A DNA stretch of 64,000 nucleotides from Candidatus Poseidoniales archaeon (lineage in GTDB: Archaea; Thermoplasmatota; Poseidoniia; Poseidoniales; Poseidoniaceae). Positions within the stretch are counted from its first letter, which is position 1. Every line of letters starts with the position of its first letter. Positions 1 to 10,880 of this stretch are shown piece after piece. The translations under genes and the position numbers were made by a program. Location: contig JAYQOB010000005.1 in assembly GCA_038144595.1 (NCBI GenBank), positions 13,689 through 77,688 of the forward strand. Reading direction: 5' to 3'. A model generated the notes under the pieces. The model was not told where the DNA came from, made no database searches, and saw only the letters and a program-made list of their open reading frames with translations.

Positions 1-3000
1 ATGCCAACCGGCCGCACGGCAACCACCGTCCTCGGCCAAGAATATGCGGGGAGTTGTGTGCAATTGGATGACAACTCAGTGTACTGCTTCTCAAGGCATA
101 TGGGCGATCTCGGCGCAAGCTCCGGCTATCCTGCTCACCAGACCTTTGGTACGATGGGGGCGGCCGTCAACATGTCCTCGCACGGCAGTTGGAATTCGAA
201 CACGTGTTTGGTTGACGATAACCAATCTCTGTGGTGTGCAGGCTACCGAAGCAGCAGCTATCCGTTGTACTACCTCTTGGCCGGCAATCAAGGGAACATG
301 AACCCTTGGAGCGCTAAATACGAGGAAATTGATTTGGGTGCTCCAGTGGCGGATGTTGAACTCTACGACCGGACCATTTGTGTCCTGTTTGTCAACGGAA
401 CCGTCTCCTGTGCAGGTACGGACAAGACCATCATGGGTATCGGTGAAAAAGAGATTTACTTCGGCGTCAATCAAGGTTGGACGGCCGATTTCGTGAATTT
501 CACGAAGATTTTGGACACGCCGGTGGGGTTGATCGTTGAGACAGCCGCTACGCCATCCCAGTACGGTATGAGCCAAACGCTCGATCTCTACGTCAACACC
601 ACCTACGGGCAAAAAGACATCTCCGACTCACCACCCATCAGTTGGGATGGCGATTATTCGGTCAATTACCCGTTCAAGTTGGACTATGTTCACGCCGTTG
701 AATTCGATTCGTGGACGGTTGAAATCGTGAACACGACGTCGTTTACCATCCCCGGTACGACGTATTGTACATGGTGTACGAACTTCACGTTCACGCCAGC
801 GCTGCCCCAAAACTGGCAGTTCAACCCCGCCACGGGTGATATCACTGGGTACGCCAGTCAGGAATTCGCTGCGACCACCTACACGCTCAACGCATCGGCG
901 GCGAACGGCTCGGACGAAGTCCAGATTGAGATTGCTGTAGTCAAGGACCTGACGGTCCCGATCATCGTGAAGTCCAACCCGTATTCACACATTGAAATCC
1001 TTGTGAACCAGAGCATGACGGAAATTGACTTCAACGACACCACCGGCAAAACCACGTCCTGGTCGATTTCCCCAAGCCCGCCCACCGGTGTCTACTTCGA
1101 AACGTTGAACGGGACGATGTGGGGCACCCCGGCCTTTGTTGAATTCTTCCCGAGAAATTACACCGTGACAGCCACCACGGCCGGCGGCATGAGCTCCACG
1201 ATGTCCTTCTCAATGCAGGTGATGTCAACGTTTACGCCCATCGATTCCGACAACGACGGTCTCCCCGATGACCGTGACCCCAACGACGACAACGACCCCG
1301 TCAACGATACCGGTGACCCATTCCCACTCGATCCCACAGAATGGGTCGACTCCGACGGTGACGGTACGGGCGACAACGCCGACACGGACGACGACAACGA
1401 TGGGGTCGACGACGCAAACGACCTGTGGCCCTACGACGGCACCGAATGGTCGGACAACGACGGTGACGGCACCGGCGACAACGCCGACACAGACGACGAC
1501 AACGACGGATTCGCAGACACCCTTGAGGAAACATGCGGTTCAAGCACGACGGACAACACTTCCCTTCCCTCCGATTACGATACGGACGGTGACGGTGATT
1601 GCGACGCTGTTGACCTTGATGACGACGATGATGGTTGGACGGACGTGAACGAGTCCATCTGCGGGTCCAATCCGTTGTGGAACCTCTCGGTCCCCGTTGA
1701 CTTTGACGGGGATCATATCTGTGACATCATGGACGACGACGATGATAACGACGGCGTTGACGACCTGGAGGATGCCTTCCCCAAGGACAACACGGAAACC
1801 AATGACAGCGACGGAGACGGCGTGGGTGATAATGCCGATCGTTTCCCGAACGACGGATCGGAGACCTCGGACCGTGATGGCGATGGTGTTGGCGACAACG
1901 CTGACGTGTTCCCTGACGACGGCAACGAAACGGTGGACTCTGATGGTGATGGTGTTGGCGACAACGGCGATGTCTTCCCCAACGATGGCAATGAAAGCAG
2001 CGATCGAGACGGTGATGGCCTGGGCGATAATGCCGATGTCTTCCCCGACGATGCGAACGAAACCGTCGATTCGGACGGCGACGGTGTGGGTGATAACGGA
2101 GATCTGTATCCGAACGACCCGAGTGAGTCAGCTGATCGTGACGGCGACGGCGTAGGCGACAACGCAGACCGCTTCCCCGATGACGCTACTGAAACCAACG
2201 ACACCGATGATGATGGTGTGGGTGATAACGGCGATTTCATGCCGCTCGACCCCTCCCAAACCGCTGACTCAGATGGGGACGGTTGTGGAGACAACGCCTC
2301 TGGAACAAACGGCGATGCTTTCCCCAACGACCCGACCGAATGCCCCGATAGCGATGGTGATGGCGTTGGTGACAACACTGACGTGTTCCCGAACGATGGT
2401 ACTGAATGGCAAGACACCGACGGCGACGGTAGCGGTGATAACGGCGATGCATTCCCGAACGACGCCAGCGAATCGCTTGACTCCGATGGCGATGGCGTGG
2501 GTGATAACACTGACCTCTTCCCGAACGATGGAAAAGAGACGATTGATACCGACGGTGATGGTTATGGCGACAATGGAGACTTCCTGCCGAACGATGCATC
2601 CCAATGGCTTGATTCCGATGGCGACGGTTGTGGCGACAACGCGGAGGGTACAAACGGCGACTTGTTCCCCAACGATGCTGTAGACTGCAAGGATGCAGAC
2701 GGCGACGGACGTGGCGACAATGCCGACATCGATGACGACAACGACGGCGTCCGAGATACGGTCGATGCGTTCCCGAACGATCCTTCTGAATCAAAGGACA
2801 CTGACGGTGATGGCATAGGCAACAATGTGGATGCCGATGACGACGGTGACGGTGTCGCTGACGAGCAAGACTTCGATAGCCTTGATGCGGATGTTTGGGA
2901 TGAACCAGGTCTCTCCATCAACTTCTTCGAGTTCTTTGGTATCTTGACCACCATCCTCGCACTCGTTGCGTTCCTCACCAGGGATGACGACGAAGAAGAC

Positions 3001-3009
3001 GGAAATTGA
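1..3009 (+). CDS. Large cell-surface protein (probably 5'-truncated): RCC1-like blades, two putative Ig (He_PIG-like) domains, long thrombospondin type-3 Ca-binding repeat tract, C-terminal TM anchor
   Basis: RCC1-like segments NTCLVDDNQSLWCAG and TICVLFVNGTVSCAG; Ig-like PALPQNWQFNPATGDITG and WSISPSPPTGVYFETLNGTMWGTP; many DxDGDGVGDNxDxFP repeats; hydrophobic C-terminal FFGILTTILALVAFLT; many N-x-S/T sequons. Confidence 0.85.
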   Translation: MPTGRTATTVLGQEYAGSCVQLDDNSVYCFSRHMGDLGASSGYPAHQTFGTMGAAVNMSSHGSWNSNTCLVDDNQSLWCAGYRSSSYPLYYLLAGNQGNMNPWSAKYEEIDLGAPVADVELYDRTICVLFVNGTVSCAGTDKTIMGIGEKEIYFGVNQGWTADFVNFTKILDTPVGLIVETAATPSQYGMSQTLDLYVNTTYGQKDISDSPPISWDGDYSVNYPFKLDYVHAVEFDSWTVEIVNTTSFTIPGTTYCTWCTNFTFTPALPQNWQFNPATGDITGYASQEFAATTYTLNASAANGSDEVQIEIAVVKDLTVPIIVKSNPYSHIEILVNQSMTEIDFNDTTGKTTSWSISPSPPTGVYFETLNGTMWGTPAFVEFFPRNYTVTATTAGGMSSTMSFSMQVMSTFTPIDSDNDGLPDDRDPNDDNDPVNDTGDPFPLDPTEWVDSDGDGTGDNADTDDDNDGVDDANDLWPYDGTEWSDNDGDGTGDNADTDDDNDGFADTLEETCGSSTTDNTSLPSDYDTDGDGDCDAVDLDDDDDGWTDVNESICGSNPLWNLSVPVDFDGDHICDIMDDDDDNDGVDDLEDAFPKDNTETNDSDGDGVGDNADRFPNDGSETSDRDGDGVGDNADVFPDDGNETVDSDGDGVGDNGDVFPNDGNESSDRDGDGLGDNADVFPDDANETVDSDGDGVGDNGDLYPNDPSESADRDGDGVGDNADRFPDDATETNDTDDDGVGDNGDFMPLDPSQTADSDGDGCGDNASGTNGDAFPNDPTECPDSDGDGVGDNTDVFPNDGTEWQDTDGDGSGDNGDAFPNDASESLDSDGDGVGDNTDLFPNDGKETIDTDGDGYGDNGDFLPNDASQWLDSDGDGCGDNAEGTNGDLFPNDAVDCKDADGDGRGDNADIDDDNDGVRDTVDAFPNDPSESKDTDGDGIGNNVDADDDGDGVADEQDFDSLDADVWDEPGLSINFFEFFGILTTILALVAFLTRDDDEEDGN
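1243..2895 (+). repeat. Coding tandem TSP3-like repeats (~23 aa / 69 bp period, D-x-D-G-D-G-V-G-D-N-x-D-x-F-P-x-D)
   Basis: Roughly 20 degenerate copies visible in the translation, with synonymous divergence at DNA level. Confidence 0.85.
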
Positions 3010-3184
3010 TGCCGCAGTCCATTCGTTGGATTTGGCAGGCCTTCGCCGTGCAAGTATGGCGGTTGGTTGTTCGGTTGCCTGTGATTTGAGGTACTCCCTG
3101 CGAGAAAAACTGTGTGATGTGATGGCTCACAGAGGAGGCCGCTCGAGAGGCAAACACGAGGCTTAGGCGACGGAAGTCGTTTCA

Positions 3185-3844
3185 TCAAGCGTTTCCGGCC
3201 TTTTCGACTTCAGCCCAGTCGCGCATGAAGCCTTCCAGCCCACGGTCGGTCAGCGGGTGGCTCATGAGTTGGCGGAAGGTTTTGGCCGGCATGGTGGCCG
3301 TGTGAGCGCCCAGTTGAATGCACTGAAGGACGTGCGTGGGATGGCGAACAGAGGCGGCCAACACCTTGGTGTCGAGGTCGTAGTTGGCCCACGTGTTCAT
3401 GATCTCAGCAATGAGTTCCATGCCGTCGTGGCCGGTGTCGTCGATACGTCCAATGAACGGGGAAACATAGGTGGCGCCGGCCTTGGCAGCCATGAGGGCT
3501 TGAGAGGCGGAGAAGATGAGCGTCACGTTGGTGTCGATGCCGTCCCCGGTCAGGATTTTCGTAGCTGCCAGGCCTTCAGGCGTGCAGGGTATCTTGATGA
3601 TGACGTTGTCAGGCAGGTCTGCCTTGAGGGCTCGCCCTTGTTCCACCATGCCTGCGGTGTCCATGGCCGTCACTTCAGCCGAGATGGGGCCGGAGCAGAT
3701 GCCGGCGATTTCTCGCACGACTTCCTTGAAATCACGACCGGATTTCTTGATGAGCGAGGGGTTGGTGGTCACACCGTCAAGAATGCCCCAGGCAGCGATT
3801 TCTCTGATTTCGTCAACGTCAGCAGTGTCAAGGAAGAATTCCAT
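3185..3844 (-). CDS. tal: Transaldolase (short TalC/Fsa family)
   Basis: [14 protein letters not shown], Schiff-base [22 protein letters not shown]; co-transcribed with transketolase. Confidence 0.93.
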   Translation of the reverse strand: MEFFLDTADVDEIREIAAWGILDGVTTNPSLIKKSGRDFKEVVREIAGICSGPISAEVTAMDTAGMVEQGRALKADLPDNVIIKIPCTPEGLAATKILTGDGIDTNVTLIFSASQALMAAKAGATYVSPFIGRIDDTGHDGMELIAEIMNTWANYDLDTKVLAASVRHPTHVLQCIQLGAHTATMPAKTFRQLMSHPLTDRGLEGFMRDWAEVEKAGNA

Positions 3845-3903
3845 GATGCTTGTTCAATGAAGAGGTTCTATGAACTCTCCCCTGCGTCCGGAAACGCCGA
3901 TTT

Positions 3904-4839
3904 TCACTTGCGCGCAATGGCACGCTTCGCTGCTTCTGCGATGTAGGGGGCGGAAATTTGCATGACCTCGAGCATCTCGTCAGCTTGTCCTGATTCACCA
4001 AACCGGTCTTGGACGCCCACGCGCTCCAACGGTGCGAGGGTGTTGGCCGTCAAGTGTTCAGCCACTGCTGCTCCAAGTCCGCCGATGACGTTGTGGTCTT
4101 CTGCGGTGACGATGGCGCCACAGTTGGCGACCAATCGGTCCACGAGTTCACCGTCGAGTGGCTTCAGCGTGTGCATGTCAACCACGGTGGCGTTGATGCC
4201 TTCAGCGGCCAGGGAAGCAGCGGCTTCAAGAGACTGAGACACCATGACGCCACAGGCAATGATGGCCACATCTGAACCCTCTTGGAGAACAATGCCCTTC
4301 CCGATTTCGATTTCATCTTCTCGTCCCTCGTAGAGCACGGGCGTCTTGTTTCGAGCCGTTCGCGTGTACGAGGGCGAGCCACTGTCCGCCAATTGCATGG
4401 TCAACACCCTGGTGGATACCACGTCGCTGGGGTGCATGACGATCACGTTCGGTAGGGTTCGGTAAATTGCCAAGTCTTCGATGGACTGCGCCGAGGAACC
4501 GTCCGTACCCGTGTGGGTTCCGCCGTGACTGCCGCAGACGTGAACGGCCAAATTGGGCCGGGCGACGCCGTTTCGCATCTGCTCGAAGGCCCGCTCGGTG
4601 AAGATGGCAAAGGTGCTGGCAAACGGAATGTAGCCTGAAGCAGCGAGGCCTGCACCGACGAGGAGCATGTTTTGCTCACCGATGCCGCACGAGACCGTGC
4701 GCTCGGGGTGAGCCTTGCGAAAGTGAAGTGATTTGGTGGACTTGCCCAAATCGGCCTCCAGGACGACGACCTTGGGGTTGCTGGCGAGTTCCAGCAAGGC
4801 TTCACCGTAGCCGTCACGCGTGGCTGCCATCTTGGTCAT
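3904..4839 (-). CDS. tktB: Transketolase, C-terminal subunit
   Basis: ATRDGYG, LEADLGKST, GIGEQNM, DGSSAQSIEDLA, AEDHNVIGGLG. Confidence 0.92.
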   Translation of the reverse strand: MTKMAATRDGYGEALLELASNPKVVVLEADLGKSTKSLHFRKAHPERTVSCGIGEQNMLLVGAGLAASGYIPFASTFAIFTERAFEQMRNGVARPNLAVHVCGSHGGTHTGTDGSSAQSIEDLAIYRTLPNVIVMHPSDVVSTRVLTMQLADSGSPSYTRTARNKTPVLYEGREDEIEIGKGIVLQEGSDVAIIACGVMVSQSLEAAASLAAEGINATVVDMHTLKPLDGELVDRLVANCGAIVTAEDHNVIGGLGAAVAEHLTANTLAPLERVGVQDRFGESGQADEMLEVMQISAPYIAEAAKRAIARK

Positions 4840-5660
4840 GCGACCACCTCGCCAAGTTCAGCCATGGCCTGAGCGTATTGCTCGTCGTTGGGGGCCGCTC
4901 CGTGGAAGGCTGGATTGTCGGCCATGAAGGAAACACCGTGGCCTTTCACCGTGTGTGCGATGAGGATGGAGGGCCCGTCGTTGGTGGATGAAAGGAAGTT
5001 CATGCCGTCAACGACTTCGTCCATGTTGTGGCCGTCAATTTCCTTCACGTTCCAGCCAAAGGCTTTCCACTTGGCAGGGATGTCAAACATGCGCATTTGT
5101 TCCTCACAGAAATCGTCGTTCTGGATTCGGTTTCGGTCAAGGATGACGTTGAGGTTGCCCAACTCGTGGTGAGCCGCTGCCATGGCTGCTTCCCAAACGC
5201 TGCCTTCCTGGATTTCGCCGTCCCCGAGCATCACGTAGACTTGGCGCTCGCTGTTGGCCAGGCGACCGGCGATGGCCGAGCCCATGCCAAAGGAAAGCCC
5301 CATGCCGAGCGATCCTGCTGAAAAGTCAACGCCAGGGCACCACTTCATGTCGACGTGGCCCTGACAAATCCCGCCCAGCACCCGGTACGATGCAAGGTCA
5401 TCGACGGTGATGAAGCCCATTTCAGCCAAGATGGCGTACATGCCAGGCGAGGCGTGGCCCTTCGACAGGATGAACCGGTCCCGGTCCTCCCAATCGGGTT
5501 CGTCGGGACGCACGCGAAGCGTGGTTTTGTACAGCCCCACCAGAAGGTCAATTTCAGAAAGCGAACCTCCGGGGTGGCCAGCTTGGGCCCGATGAACCAT
5601 GTTCACGATGTGGACTCGGCATTTCCTCGCAAGTTCTCGCAGGTCGTCTGTGTTGCTCAT
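4836..5660 (-). CDS. tktA: Transketolase, N-terminal TPP-binding subunit
   Basis: GHPGGSLS, DRFILSKGH, GSLGMG, GDGEIQEG...WEA TPP motif; 4-nt overlap with the C-subunit gene. Confidence 0.93.
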   Translation of the reverse strand: MSNTDDLRELARKCRVHIVNMVHRAQAGHPGGSLSEIDLLVGLYKTTLRVRPDEPDWEDRDRFILSKGHASPGMYAILAEMGFITVDDLASYRVLGGICQGHVDMKWCPGVDFSAGSLGMGLSFGMGSAIAGRLANSERQVYVMLGDGEIQEGSVWEAAMAAAHHELGNLNVILDRNRIQNDDFCEEQMRMFDIPAKWKAFGWNVKEIDGHNMDEVVDGMNFLSSTNDGPSILIAHTVKGHGVSFMADNPAFHGAAPNDEQYAQAMAELGEVVA

Positions 5661-5735
5661 GGTCTCACCAGCAGACGTCAGCCTGCGAGGATGGCCTTTG
5701 ATGGTTGTGCAAGCCTCGTTTCTCTAAATGGAGCG

Positions 5736-7785
5736 CTACTCTTGCTTTTTGGGTACGAGGGCATCGATGGTGTTTCGCACCGCTTCAGCCGTGATCATCA
5801 CGGTGTCGCCTGCGAGACTCCCGCCCTTTGGCAAGGCCCGAGAGGCGAGCCAGATGAACACGCCAACAAACCAAGCAAAGAAGGCCAGCGAGAGCATGTC
5901 GTTGAGGGTTGAGATGCCAAACAGGTCGGGGAGGTCGATTTTGGCGACGATGAGGACGGCAATGAAGACGCCCATAATGGACTCTCCAGCGATGAAACCC
6001 GCACCGATGAGCACGCCCCGACTTTCGACTTCTTTTGCAGCATCAAGGGCTTTCTGCGATGGCTCTGCTCGGAGCACGCCGTCCACTCGCAGGTGGGCGC
6101 TTCGAAGCATGATGTGCGAGATGATGCCGCCCACCATGATGGGGACGGAGAGGCCGAGCGGGAGGTAAATACCGATGGCAACGCTCATCACGGGCATTTG
6201 AAGCCGAATAAGGGCGACAGCGATGGCGGCACCAAGCACCACCATTTGGATGTTCAAATCACCACCAAATGCCCCCTGGACAATGGCCCCGATGAGTTCA
6301 GCCTGTGGCGCAAAGAGGGCTTTCGAACACGTGGGGTCGCTCGGGAGCGGGTTCATTTGACACGCTGTTTGTGAAATTCGGAAAGCGTCATGGAGCAACG
6401 ACAACACCGGCCCGATGACAACAGCACCGGTGAGCACACCGATGATTTCAGCCACTTGTTGCCGCTTGGGTGTCGCGCCCAAGCATGTGGCCGGTTTTGA
6501 GGTCCTGCATGACGTCGCCGGCGATGGCGGCGCTCGAGGCGACAATGGCGGCGATGAGGAGCGTGGCGAACATCAGGTCCTGCTTGGCCATCCCCAGCAT
6601 CAGATCGCCAATGATGTAGACGAGCCCGACCGTGAACAGAAGTGTGGCGATGGTCATGCCAGACACCGGTGAGTTGGAGGAACCAACCACACCAGCGATG
6701 TAGCCGGCCACGGCGGCAAAGAAGAAGGCCACAAAGGCAAGGAAGAGCGCACCTGCGATGGCGAGCACGAGGGATTCCATCGCCCACCAGTAAAAGAAGA
6801 AGGTCAAGACGACAAGGACGCCACAGACCTTGAAGACGCGGTTCATCGGAATGTCTTCTTCCGTGCGGAGGAGCACGCCTGCTTGTTCATCGTTCTTGAC
6901 AAAAGCCTTGGAAAGTCCCGTGATGATGGTTTTGCGCATGCTCCACAGGGTGTAGATACCGCCGACGACCATCGCACCAACACCAACGTACCTGACCTGT
7001 GTTGACCAAATCGTGTAGAATCCGTCAACGAGGGAGCCCTCCACGGGCCAGCCGTAAATCAGGCCGTACATGGGGACGAGCAGGCCGAAGCCCAACACCC
7101 CACCGAAGAAAATGAACGAAGCGATGCGAATGCCGACGATGTAGCCCACAGAAAGGAGCGCAACGGAGAGGTCCATCCCTGCATAGAGGCGAGTCGATAT
7201 GAACGAAACAGCGCCTTCAACCGTGTGATGGGTGACTTCGAAACCTTTCACCATCAAGCCGTACAGTCCACCGATGCCGAGGGCATAGAGAATGGCCAGC
7301 GCCCCATCTCCGCCTTCTTCACCAGCGACCAGAACTTCTCGGCAAGCCACGCCTTCCGGATAAGGAAGGGCCTCTTCGACGATGAACAAGCGACGCAAGG
7401 CAATGGTGAACATGGTGCCGAGCAGGCCTCCCAAGGTGGCAATGATGAGCGTCTCCATCCACTGAATGCTTGTCCAGATGCTCATCACCAACAGGGCAGG
7501 TACGGTGAAGATGACCCCTGCGGCGAGGGATTCGCCTGCGGAAGCCATCGTTTGGACGGCGTTGTTCTCAAGGATGGAGACATCTTTGAACATGGTGCGC
7601 AGAATGATCATCGACATCACCGCCGCCGGGATGCTGGCGGAGACCGTCATCCCCGCATAGAGGCCGAGGTAGGCGTTGGCAGCCGTCATCAAGACGCCGA
7701 GAACGATGCCAACGATGATGACTCGAGTGGTGAGTTCAAGGGGCGATTCATGAGCGGGAATGTAGGGTTCCTGTGTCCCGCTCAT
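5736..7785 (-). CDS. OPT-family oligopeptide transporter (frameshift at ~6478-6480)
   Basis: ANAYLGLYAGMTVSASIPAAV, ENNAVQT, YPEGVAC, GSSNSPVSG; DLKTGHMLG continues as ATPKRQQ in the next frame; one extra base in a G run. Confidence 0.9.
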
Positions 7786-7937
7786 GCCCGTTCCAATCCT
7801 TTCCAGTAGGTATAGCCTACGATGGTGGGTTGTGTTCGATGACCAAGTTTAGCGCATGGGGTTCTGCCCGCCAAAATAATAACCGTTCCTTTGCCCCGTT
7901 TGTCCAACTCAATACTCTATTGAGAGGGGATTTGACC

Positions 7938-10835
7938 ATGGATGAGCACTGGCACAACCTTTCAATCGCTGATGGTCTCGTTGCACAACAATCCTCCGAA
8001 CACGGCATTGACGTCGATGAAGTCCTTGCCCGCAGGGCTCGCTTTGGCGAAAACAAATTGAAGGAAGCCGAGAAAACACCTGCCTTCTTGCGCTTCCTCT
8101 CTCAGTACAACGATCCGCTCAATTACCTGTTGATGGGCGCAGCATTGATTGCCCTGCTCATTAATCCTGACCACCCAGGTGATGCCATCTTCATCTTCAT
8201 CGTCCTCACGTCAAATGCTTTCTTCGGTTTTTGGCAGGAAAACCAAGCAGAGCAAGCGATGGATTCCCTCAAACAAATGTCGATTTCAAACTGCGTGGTG
8301 ATTCGTGGTGATTTTGAGAGCGAGGTGCCGACGTCTGAGCTGGTCCCTGGTGATGTCGTCAGGTTGGAAGCCGGGCTCAATGTGCCTGCGGATGTACGGC
8401 TCATTTGGTCGCAACAATGCAAAATCGATGAATCTGCGCTGACGGGTGAATCCCTCACCATTCGGAAATCGACCGAGGCTTTGCCAGTTGAAACGCTCCT
8501 TGCCGATCGAAACAACATGGCCTTCATGGGGACCACGGTGTCTTCGGGCCGTGGCCTCGGGTTGGTCGTCGCCACGGGAATGAAAACAGAACTCGGAAAG
8601 ATTGCCAGCAACATTGCTGAGGCACAAACCCCGAAAACGCCGTTGGAGTTGAAGTTGGAGAGCCTTGGTAAATTCCTTGGATTCATTGCGCTCATCGTGG
8701 CTGTCTTGCTCGTTTCTCTCTACCTCTTGGTGTCGTACGGCAAACCGGGAGTCGACCTCAAGGAAGTCCTTGTTCAGCAGTTCATTATCGCCATCTCGAT
8801 TTTCGTCGCCATCGTACCTGAAGGCCTTCCCATCATTTTGGTCATCACGCTCTCCCTTGGAATGCGAAACATGGCGCGCCACAAGGCCATCATTCGTCGC
8901 ATGAAAGCGGTTGAAACCCTCGGTTCAACCACCGTGATTTGCTCGGACAAAACCGGAACGCTGACCAAGAATCAAATGACGGTCCGTCAAATCCAGACCT
9001 TGGAACGAACGTTTGAGGTGACCGGTGAAGGGTTTGAGCCCAACGGAGCCTTGGTGCGTAAGGGAGTTGAATTGAGCGATGAGGACCTCAAAAACCGCCA
9101 AGCCGACCTTGGCTTCAGGTTACTCGGTGCTTGTTTGACCCTCTGTCATAATTCAACCATCGTCAAAGCGGAGGGTCACTGGCAAGCCATTGGCGACCCA
9201 ACGGACTCGGCCTGTGCCGTGGCCGGTTGGAAGGTCAACGGCGACGTGAAGAAATTCTCCCACCGCCATCCACGGCTCAACGAGTTCTTTTTCGATTCCG
9301 TTCGCAAGCGCATGAGCGTCGTCCACGAGTACGAAGGAGAGCAGTGGGTGTTCGCCAAAGGCAGTGCCGGAGGGTTCCAAGACATTGCCACGATGAAAAT
9401 CGTTGATAACGAGTACGTCCCGTTGACCGACGACGACCGCCAGCAGATTTCAGCGATGAACGATGACATGGGTTCGCAAGCGATGCGTGTGATCGCCCTC
9501 CTCGCCCGAAAAGTCAACCAGGGAGAGGACATTGAGGACATCGAGTCGATGGAATCCGATTTGGTGTTCCTCGGGCTCATCGGTATCATGGACCCTCCGC
9601 GTCCAGAGGTCAAGGCCGCCATTGAGACCTGTCAGCGAGCCGGCATCAAGGTCAAAATGAGCACCGGTGACCAACAAATGACGGCCGCCGCCATCGGTGC
9701 AGAACTTGACATCGCTTCTGCCTCCGGGACAGGCCTTGACGGGAGAGAACTGGCTGCGTTGACCGACGAAGAACTCGTTGAAGTAACCGGCAATGTTGCT
9801 ATCTATTCTCGAGTCACGCCGGACCAAAAGATGAGGATCGTCTCTTCACTTCAGCAACAGGGTGAGATTGTTGCCATGACGGGCGACGGTGTCAACGACG
9901 CCCCAGCCCTTTCGGGTGCAAACATCGGTATCGCCATGGGCATTGCAGGTACGGACGTGGCCAAAGACGCTGCTGACATGGTCCTTCAAGACGACAACTT
10001 CGCTAACATCGTCCACGCCGTGGAAGAAGGCCGGAAAATCTACCAGAACATTCGGAACTTTGTCCGCTATCAAGTCTCGACCAACGTGGCAGCCGTTTCA
10101 TTGCTGGTGTTTGCGACGTTGTTCTTTGGCCCGCTGGCACTCCCACTTACCGCCACGCAAATTTTGGTGATCAACATCCTCATGGACGGTCCACCTGCTG
10201 TGGCATTGGGTGTGGAAAAGAAGCACGGGAACGTGATGGACCGGCCGCCGCGCCCGGTCGATGAAGGCCTACCGAACGGCCGCGACATATCGCTGATTTT
10301 CTACCTCGGCATCGTCATGGTCATCGGCTCGCTGCTGGTGTTCTGGCTTGCAGGTGGCGGACTCGCCGAAGCAGACCCTTGCACGCTACGAACCACAGAA
10401 ACAAGCACGACAGCGTTCGACATGGAGGCGTGCCTGGCCGGCGACCAGGCTGCCATTGACGACTGGCAAACCTACGCGGACGACCACTTCAAGCATGCAC
10501 AAACAATGACCTTTGCAGTGTTCATCGTCTATCAGTTGTTTAACGTGATGAATTGCCGTTCGAACGACGAGAGCGTCTTCGAACTGGGCCTGTTTTCCAA
10601 CCCTGCCATCAACTATGCATTGTTGATCTCTTCTGGCCTTTTGCTCTTCTTCGTGCAACTCGCTGAGATGACCATCCCCGTGATTGGCATTGAAGTGGGC
10701 TCCCTGCTACGCACCAATCCGCTCACCCAAAACGACTGGTTGGTGGTGGTCCTCATCGCCTCCAGTGTCTTCATCATCGAGGAGTTCCGCAAATTCATCG
10801 TCAAGTCGGGCATGTTTGCTATCCGTCAGCCTTGA
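7938..10835 (+). CDS. P2A-type cation-transporting ATPase (Ca2+/Mn2+, SPCA/PMR1-like)
   Basis: TGES, PEGL, DKTGT, GDGVNDAPAL; M6 QILVINILMDGPPA; start chosen at ATG 7938. Confidence 0.92.
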   Translation: MDEHWHNLSIADGLVAQQSSEHGIDVDEVLARRARFGENKLKEAEKTPAFLRFLSQYNDPLNYLLMGAALIALLINPDHPGDAIFIFIVLTSNAFFGFWQENQAEQAMDSLKQMSISNCVVIRGDFESEVPTSELVPGDVVRLEAGLNVPADVRLIWSQQCKIDESALTGESLTIRKSTEALPVETLLADRNNMAFMGTTVSSGRGLGLVVATGMKTELGKIASNIAEAQTPKTPLELKLESLGKFLGFIALIVAVLLVSLYLLVSYGKPGVDLKEVLVQQFIIAISIFVAIVPEGLPIILVITLSLGMRNMARHKAIIRRMKAVETLGSTTVICSDKTGTLTKNQMTVRQIQTLERTFEVTGEGFEPNGALVRKGVELSDEDLKNRQADLGFRLLGACLTLCHNSTIVKAEGHWQAIGDPTDSACAVAGWKVNGDVKKFSHRHPRLNEFFFDSVRKRMSVVHEYEGEQWVFAKGSAGGFQDIATMKIVDNEYVPLTDDDRQQISAMNDDMGSQAMRVIALLARKVNQGEDIEDIESMESDLVFLGLIGIMDPPRPEVKAAIETCQRAGIKVKMSTGDQQMTAAAIGAELDIASASGTGLDGRELAALTDEELVEVTGNVAIYSRVTPDQKMRIVSSLQQQGEIVAMTGDGVNDAPALSGANIGIAMGIAGTDVAKDAADMVLQDDNFANIVHAVEEGRKIYQNIRNFVRYQVSTNVAAVSLLVFATLFFGPLALPLTATQILVINILMDGPPAVALGVEKKHGNVMDRPPRPVDEGLPNGRDISLIFYLGIVMVIGSLLVFWLAGGGLAEADPCTLRTTETSTTAFDMEACLAGDQAAIDDWQTYADDHFKHAQTMTFAVFIVYQLFNVMNCRSNDESVFELGLFSNPAINYALLISSGLLLFFVQLAEMTIPVIGIEVGSLLRTNPLTQNDWLVVVLIASSVFIIEEFRKFIVKSGMFAIRQP

Positions 10836-10880
10836 CGGTGCGAAGCACATCTTCTTGAGGGGAACATCCGAGGGGCGACC

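Noticed and set aside
1713-2510. Ser/Pro-rich 265-aa minus-strand ORF
   Set aside because: Antisense shadow of the Asp/Gly TSP3 repeats.
1243-2895. Periodic repeats as a possible CRISPR array
   Set aside because: In-frame coding repeats with synonymous variation; no identical repeat/unique spacer structure and no cas genes.
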